This document shows positions 59,863 to 64,000 of a stretch of DNA of 64,000 bases, piece by piece. The stretch's first letter is position 1, and every line of letters begins with the position of its first letter. The notes beneath the pieces were generated by a model that saw only the letters and a list, made by a program, of their open reading frames with translations, was not told the origin of the DNA and ran no database searches. Source of the stretch: a bacterium (GTDB taxonomy: Bacteria > Patescibacteriota > Minisyncoccia > Phycocordibacterales > PALSA-1337); NCBI GenBank assembly GCA_025355565.1, contig JANXZK010000002.1, positions 15,238 to 79,237 of the forward strand, given 5' to 3'. Both the position numbers and the translations under genes were made by a program.

Positions 59863-60137
59863 GCTAGCGGTATATTAGCATTTATTATCGAACTTTGTTT
59901 AGAGACGCGCAGATCGAGCACCTTTATAGCATTCTCCAGTGAATTCTGGTCAAAAGGCAATCTACCGTTGTCCCTCACCTCTGGAACGATAGATATAGCA
60001 GAGTCGACACGATGATACGAACTCACTCCTACGATGATGAGCGTGATAGCGACGACGCAGGTCACGACACTGATGATCACCCAGTCTTTGAATGGATCCC
60101 TACCCATATAATGGATATTTGTCTTTAATTTGCTCAT
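59853..60137 (-). CDS. Hypothetical small membrane protein
   Basis: ORF with one TM helix (VIISVVTCVVAITLIIVGV). Its last 10 nt overlap the tRNA-Arg 3' end, so its reality or exact ends are uncertain. Confidence 0.3.
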   Translation of the reverse strand: MSKLKTNIHYMGRDPFKDWVIISVVTCVVAITLIIVGVSSYHRVDSAISIVPEVRDNGRLPFDQNSLENAIKVLDLRVSKQSSIINANIPLAPS

Positions 60138-60679
60138 ATTGATTTTATTGCACTGATATCGAACGACGCTGTCCACTCCGTATGCTGCTTACTCCCCTCG
60201 CTAGTCGTGAGGTCCATCCGAACATTGCTGATCGTCGTTTTGTACGGCAGATTCTCGGCTAACTGGAGAATCTTGAACACCGATCCCCATGATCCGCGCG
60301 CAGTCACTTTTGCATTGACATAGCCGTTCTTCGCCAAACTGCCATCGCCAGGTATCGTGCTATCGATCGATGCCACAGTAACCTGTCCACCAGCCCGTGG
60401 TCCCAGAGACTCGAGGGTTTCGATGAAAGGAACCACATTGTTGACTGGAACAAATGCCGAATACAACCTTTCCCATTCTGCAGAAGAATCCGCGTTCAAC
60501 TTCTTCAATAGTTCATCCTTGCTGTTTTTTGATTGCAGACTGGCGACCTCCTCTCTCGCACTGATGACCGCATCAGTCATGCTATGAACGGAACTGCTCA
60601 CATAGAAATACAGCGACACTACAAACAATGTGACCATGATCGAGAGCGATATGAGCAAATGATGGTGTGTATGCTTCAT
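60134..60679 (-). CDS. PilO-like type IV pilus assembly protein (TM + coiled coil + β domain)
   Basis: N-terminal TM helix, coiled-coil segment, and the position downstream of pilM/pilN-like genes. The 4-nt overlaps suggest an operon. Confidence 0.45.
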   Translation of the reverse strand: MKHTHHHLLISLSIMVTLFVVSLYFYVSSSVHSMTDAVISAREEVASLQSKNSKDELLKKLNADSSAEWERLYSAFVPVNNVVPFIETLESLGPRAGGQVTVASIDSTIPGDGSLAKNGYVNAKVTARGSWGSVFKILQLAENLPYKTTISNVRMDLTTSEGSKQHTEWTASFDISAIKSI

Positions 60680-61224
60680 GGCACTATTTCATTTGTTATG
60701 GTCAATGAAAAATCCAGATCCTTACTCTTCGCTAGCTCCGATACGGGCAGATTAACCGTATTGCCTTTCATGGCCGACTCCAATCTGCCTTTATAGGCAA
60801 CCAGAGAATCTCGAGTCGGCGCGATCCCTCGCACGACCATGACGACCGTCGTCGTCCCGGTTCTCGATGTGCCGATCGAGGTTAGCTCGACTCCTCCACG
60901 CGTGGTTATCACATCTTCTATGAGCGTCGAGAAATCTGTCTCTCCACCCGATCTGTCGTTGAAGAGGGTGAGGGTGTTCGATCGTTTCACGATCTCCTTA
61001 CCATCATCAACTCCTGGATTTACTTTGTTGATATTTTTTATTTCAGAGAGCGATCTTTCTACTGTCTCCTTCTCCACCATAACATATACAAATGATGGTA
61101 ACAGGGAAACGATACCGATGACCCCGGCTATAGAAAACATGAGCAGAAATACGATACCGGCACGCATATGATACTCATGATACAGCGATTTCCTCAAAGT
61201 TGTTGGTAGGAGTGTGTGACGCAT
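60676..61224 (-). CDS. PilN-like type IV pilus assembly protein
   Basis: Short cytoplasmic N-terminus, single TM (AGIVFLLMFSIAGVIGIVSLLP), and a periplasmic domain. It immediately follows pilM. Confidence 0.5.
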   Translation of the reverse strand: MRHTLLPTTLRKSLYHEYHMRAGIVFLLMFSIAGVIGIVSLLPSFVYVMVEKETVERSLSEIKNINKVNPGVDDGKEIVKRSNTLTLFNDRSGGETDFSTLIEDVITTRGGVELTSIGTSRTGTTTVVMVVRGIAPTRDSLVAYKGRLESAMKGNTVNLPVSELAKSKDLDFSLTITNEIVP

Positions 61225-61228
61225 GATG

Positions 61229-62155
61229 TTATGAATCCAAAGCCAAACCCGCGACGATCACATAATCCATCGACTCTTGCCTAGACAACGGTGGAATATA
61301 TGAATCTATATCAAAAGCATTTTGCCACGTGTTCGCGACGCTAACAGGACAATTTGTAGCAAAGATCGAATCTAGCTGTTTAGTTTCATATTGAATGGCG
61401 CCAGTCCCAGTCAAAATGACCTTGTTGATCATAGCATCCGTCTTGGACTTCCAATATTCGATGGTATGCTTGACCTCCTCCGCTAGAGTCACATTGTTAG
61501 CCGCCGTCGAAGTAAAGCAGATGACTCCTCCAGAAACGACGTATAGTCCTGTCTTGTTTTTCATTAGATGCACGATGAGAGAGGTTTTGTCCGCCTGATT
61601 GTCGATAGCGGCACGCGCGATGGATTTTGGTGCCACTTCGAAAGTGACCGGCTGAAGGCCCAGACTCTGCAGAAACTCGATCTGCTTGTCGATATAAGTC
61701 TTCGGGACCACAGACACGCTGGCACGAAGCACGCCACCGGAAGCGGCGAGCGGCATCAAGTCGAAATAGAAGACTGCGTCTTTGGCTGACAATGGTACAT
61801 TTTCCTCTAACTTGAATTCGATATTTTGCGCGATGTTGGCGACCGAATCGCCAATTACATCCGTCTGGAATAGGTATGCTTTCTCTTCCGGAACGGATAC
61901 GGCGACATAGGATAGATCATTTTTCTCGATAAATGTCTTCAGAGTGTCTCTCAATACCTTCTCATCTTTCACATCGCCCCCGTGGACCGTGCCTACGGGC
62001 AGATCTATCGATGCGAATCTATCTATCACATGTCCATGGGTAGTCGACGCGTATTCCAGACAGCGTATCGCGTCATCGGAAATCTCCAAGCCAGCGAATC
62101 TCACGCTCATGAATCTCGGTGGAGGGAAAAGTTTGAAGAACAGAGACTGGTGCAT
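61229..62155 (-). CDS. pilM: Type IV pilus assembly protein PilM (actin-like ATPase fold)
   Basis: 308 aa with the actin/FtsA-like fold pattern (GLEISDDAIRCLEY...; VILTGTGA). Confidence 0.65.
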   Translation of the reverse strand: MHQSLFFKLFPPPRFMSVRFAGLEISDDAIRCLEYASTTHGHVIDRFASIDLPVGTVHGGDVKDEKVLRDTLKTFIEKNDLSYVAVSVPEEKAYLFQTDVIGDSVANIAQNIEFKLEENVPLSAKDAVFYFDLMPLAASGGVLRASVSVVPKTYIDKQIEFLQSLGLQPVTFEVAPKSIARAAIDNQADKTSLIVHLMKNKTGLYVVSGGVICFTSTAANNVTLAEEVKHTIEYWKSKTDAMINKVILTGTGAIQYETKQLDSIFATNCPVSVANTWQNAFDIDSYIPPLSRQESMDYVIVAGLALDS

Positions 62156-62162
62156 GGGTATA

Positions 62163-62801
62163 TTATAGCATTTTCATAGACTCTTTTATCAACTTATAAA
62201 TCCCAGGCGCCGCAGAAACAATGACGATAACCAATACGAGAGGAATTATATACTTGTCCGGATTTGGGACGATCGATCCAAAGACATAACCGATGAGCAG
62301 CATCGTCCACGTCCAGAAAAATCCGCCGATCACATTGAATGAGAGAAACGTGCGGTACTTCATCTTCCCTATCCCCGCAACGATCGGCGCGAATGTTCTG
62401 ATGACCGGCATGAATCTAGCCAGGATGATCGTTATTCCGCCATGCTTCTCGTAGAATTCTTGTGCACGGAGCAAATATTTCCTGTTGAAGAACCGCGACT
62501 CTTCTTTTGTGAATATCGACGGTCCGACTTTCTTGCCAAATGCGTAACCGGTACTATCCCCTAGAACTGCGGCGACGAATGTAGAGATGAGCAGAGCAGT
62601 GATCGGTAGATGTCCTTGTGAAGCGAAAAAACCAGCAGTTACCAACAATGAATCCCCTGGAAGGAAAAAACCAAAAAATGCTCCCGTCTCTAGATATATG
62701 ATGGCGATCACTCCCACAAAACCGAGTGTGGAAATCAAATACTCTGGATTTATAAGATCGATGAGATTCATTGTTTGTTTATTTAAATTGAAATGATCCA
62801 C
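62163..62801 (-). CDS. DedA-family (SNARE-associated) membrane protein
   Basis: ETGAFFGFFLPGDSLLVTAGFFASQG and ...RFMPVIRTFAPIVAGIGKMKYRTF, the DedA signature regions. Confidence 0.8.
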   Translation of the reverse strand: MDHFNLNKQTMNLIDLINPEYLISTLGFVGVIAIIYLETGAFFGFFLPGDSLLVTAGFFASQGHLPITALLISTFVAAVLGDSTGYAFGKKVGPSIFTKEESRFFNRKYLLRAQEFYEKHGGITIILARFMPVIRTFAPIVAGIGKMKYRTFLSFNVIGGFFWTWTMLLIGYVFGSIVPNPDKYIIPLVLVIVIVSAAPGIYKLIKESMKML

Positions 62802-62815
62802 ACACGGCGTGTGGT

Positions 62816-63013
62816 CTACGCAGCCACTGTTCCCGGTGGGATCGTCTCATTCGGTTCAAGCAATGAAAATGCTCCACCAGGAGTTGAAACAGCGAACAAC
62901 ATTCCGTTACTTTCTAGACCTTTGATATTTCTCGGCTCGAGATTGGTCACGAACATGCAGATCTTGCCTGCCTTTATTTCGATCTTCTTAAATTCGTCGT
63001 AAGTTATAGACAT
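62816..63013 (-). CDS. Truncated tRNA-binding (Myf/EMAP/CsaA-like) domain protein, 65 aa
   Basis: ITYDEFKKIEIKAGKI matches the N-terminal strand. ICMFVTNLEPRNIKGLESNGMLFAVS...LLEPNETIPPGT matches the C-terminal part of the Trbp111/CsaA/MetRS-C domain. The middle ~45 residues are absent. Confidence 0.45.
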   Translation of the reverse strand: MSITYDEFKKIEIKAGKICMFVTNLEPRNIKGLESNGMLFAVSTPGGAFSLLEPNETIPPGTVAA

Positions 63014-63082
63014 ATTTGTTGTTGATGTTAAATGTTTGATCGTTAATCATCGATCATATCGGGTTTAAATCAATTGGATCAA

Positions 63083-63478
63083 TTAAATATTCTCCGTTTC
63101 ATGTTTCTTCCGGTCCAGATAGCTCTGAAGTATGATGGCCGCGGCTGACGCGTCTGTGAGAGCTCCCTTTCCCTGCCATCTCTCCGCTTGCACACTCGTC
63201 ATGAACTCCAATTCCAGATAAACCTTGAAGCCTCTTTCCTCCAATCGCTTTTTAAATTCCATGCTATCGAGCAAGATCTCATTTGGTTCGCCTTTGTAAT
63301 TCCTAGACTCCCCCATGACGATCTCTCTGGATTCGTTGTCTGTGGCGATCTTCTCTATCTCCGAAAGCAACGTCGGTGTGTTAGAGACCACCGATACCGG
63401 CAAAGCAAATTGGCCATTCGGGTCTGAAACCGCGACACCAACCCTCTTTGATCCGTAGTCAATGCCGAGTATTCGCAT
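63083..63478 (-). CDS. ruvX: Holliday-junction resolvase-like protein RuvX/YqgF
   Basis: MRILGIDYGSKRVGVAVSD... Confidence 0.85.
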   Translation of the reverse strand: MRILGIDYGSKRVGVAVSDPNGQFALPVSVVSNTPTLLSEIEKIATDNESREIVMGESRNYKGEPNEILLDSMEFKKRLEERGFKVYLELEFMTSVQAERWQGKGALTDASAAAIILQSYLDRKKHETENI

Positions 63479-63520
63479 AAGTAAAGCATATCATGATAAA
63501 GAAAATGGTATAATAGAAGC

Positions 63521-64000
63521 ATGCCTGAGCAGTCTACAGAAAAAAGAGTGAAATTTAATAAGGGCGACCAGGCCGAGTTTTTGGCATCTATAATGAAAAA
63601 AAACAATATAACAACCGAAACACTGGCCGCTATAGCGAAAGTCAGCGTGAGACAAATCTCTCGATGGGTAACTGGAAAATATTCCCTTCCACTTTCTGTC
63701 GTTACAACATTATCGAAGAAATCTGGCTCTACGATACCTAGAAACATAACGATATTCGATCGATATTCTCACACCCATACGGCTGGTCGCAAAGGTGGAC
63801 GAGCAACGATGAAATTGTACGGGGTAGTACCAGGGTCAGAGACAAACCGACTATCTGCCTGGAATAAATGGTGGATATCTTCAGGAAAGGCAAAGGTCAT
63901 CAAAGCCTCGAAGAAGCATGTCACTCTACCAAATGCTTCCAGCGGACTCGCCGAATTTACTGGCATCATGATGGGAGATGGTGGTTTATCTAGACATCAG
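63521..64000 (+). CDS. Hypothetical HTH-domain protein, partial (runs off 3' window edge); C-terminal LAGLIDADG-like motif
   Basis: ATG at 63521 is preceded by TATAAT (63508-63513). Translation has HTH-like TETLAAIAKVSVRQISRWVTGKY and later AEFTGIMMGDGGLS, which resembles LAGLIDADG. It is absent from the ORF track because no stop lies in the window. Confidence 0.4.
   Translation, partial: MPEQSTEKRVKFNKGDQAEFLASIMKKNNITTETLAAIAKVSVRQISRWVTGKYSLPLSVVTTLSKKSGSTIPRNITIFDRYSHTHTAGRKGGRATMKLYGVVPGSETNRLSAWNKWWISSGKAKVIKASKKHVTLPNASSGLAEFTGIMMGDGGLSRHQ

Noticed and set aside
1-64000. CRISPR array, rRNA genes, transposase/IS elements
   Set aside because: No regularly spaced direct repeats with unique spacers, no rRNA-like conserved stretches, and no transposase-like ORFs were seen.

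Overview
This 64 kb window is a compact, gene-dense, mostly minus-strand stretch of a small bacterial genome. I infer a CPR/Patescibacteria-type genome from the sequence alone. The evidence is housekeeping genes with lineage-typical N- and C-terminal extensions (RecA, S6, L19), a eukaryote-like type-2 IleRS and an α2 GlyRS, rplK not followed by rplA, type IV pilus pilMNO genes, and many Ser/Thr-rich secreted proteins with PG_binding_1 domains.

Genes recognised:
- Replication, repair and RNA processing: ftsK, recA, recO, ssb, ruvX/yqgF, RNase R, TatD.
- Translation: efp, rpsF-ssb-rpsR, rplK, rplS, secE-nusG, tRNA-Val(TAC), tRNA-Arg(TCT), and the tRNA synthetases metG, glyQS, ileS, argS.
- Nucleotide and one-carbon metabolism: glyA, folD, and a dTTP cluster (tmk, dCMP deaminase, thyA, dcd, folA, plus a nucleoside deoxyribosyltransferase-like gene).
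- Envelope and secretion: a Wzm/Wzt-type polysaccharide export ABC pair, an O-antigen-ligase-like TPR protein, polysaccharide deacetylase, and a VKOR-DsbA pair.
- Accessory genes: two Fic proteins.

Observations most worth a second look:
1. A RhuM gene plus two tandem COG1373 (AAA_14/DUF4143) ATPases sit between the ABC permease and ATPase genes and are AT-richer than their surroundings.
2. The IleRS carries a ~190-aa histidine-phosphatase (PGAM-family) domain inserted in its connective region.
3. metG is split by a visible 7-bp tandem duplication, which gives a +1 frameshift.
4. The 19-nt 3' end of tRNA-Val is duplicated 149 bp downstream, next to a strongly AT-rich two-gene block (LVIVD-repeat protein plus a polytopic membrane protein) that ends at a tRNA-Arg on the opposite strand.
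5. A 390-bp ORF-free, highly structured intergenic region lies between tmk and glyA.
6. A 24-32 nt motif is repeated at two distant promoter-proximal sites.
7. A long nested stem-loop sits upstream of recA.
8. The secE-nusG promoter has operator-like direct repeats and a leader hairpin.

No CRISPR array, rRNA or obvious transposase was seen.
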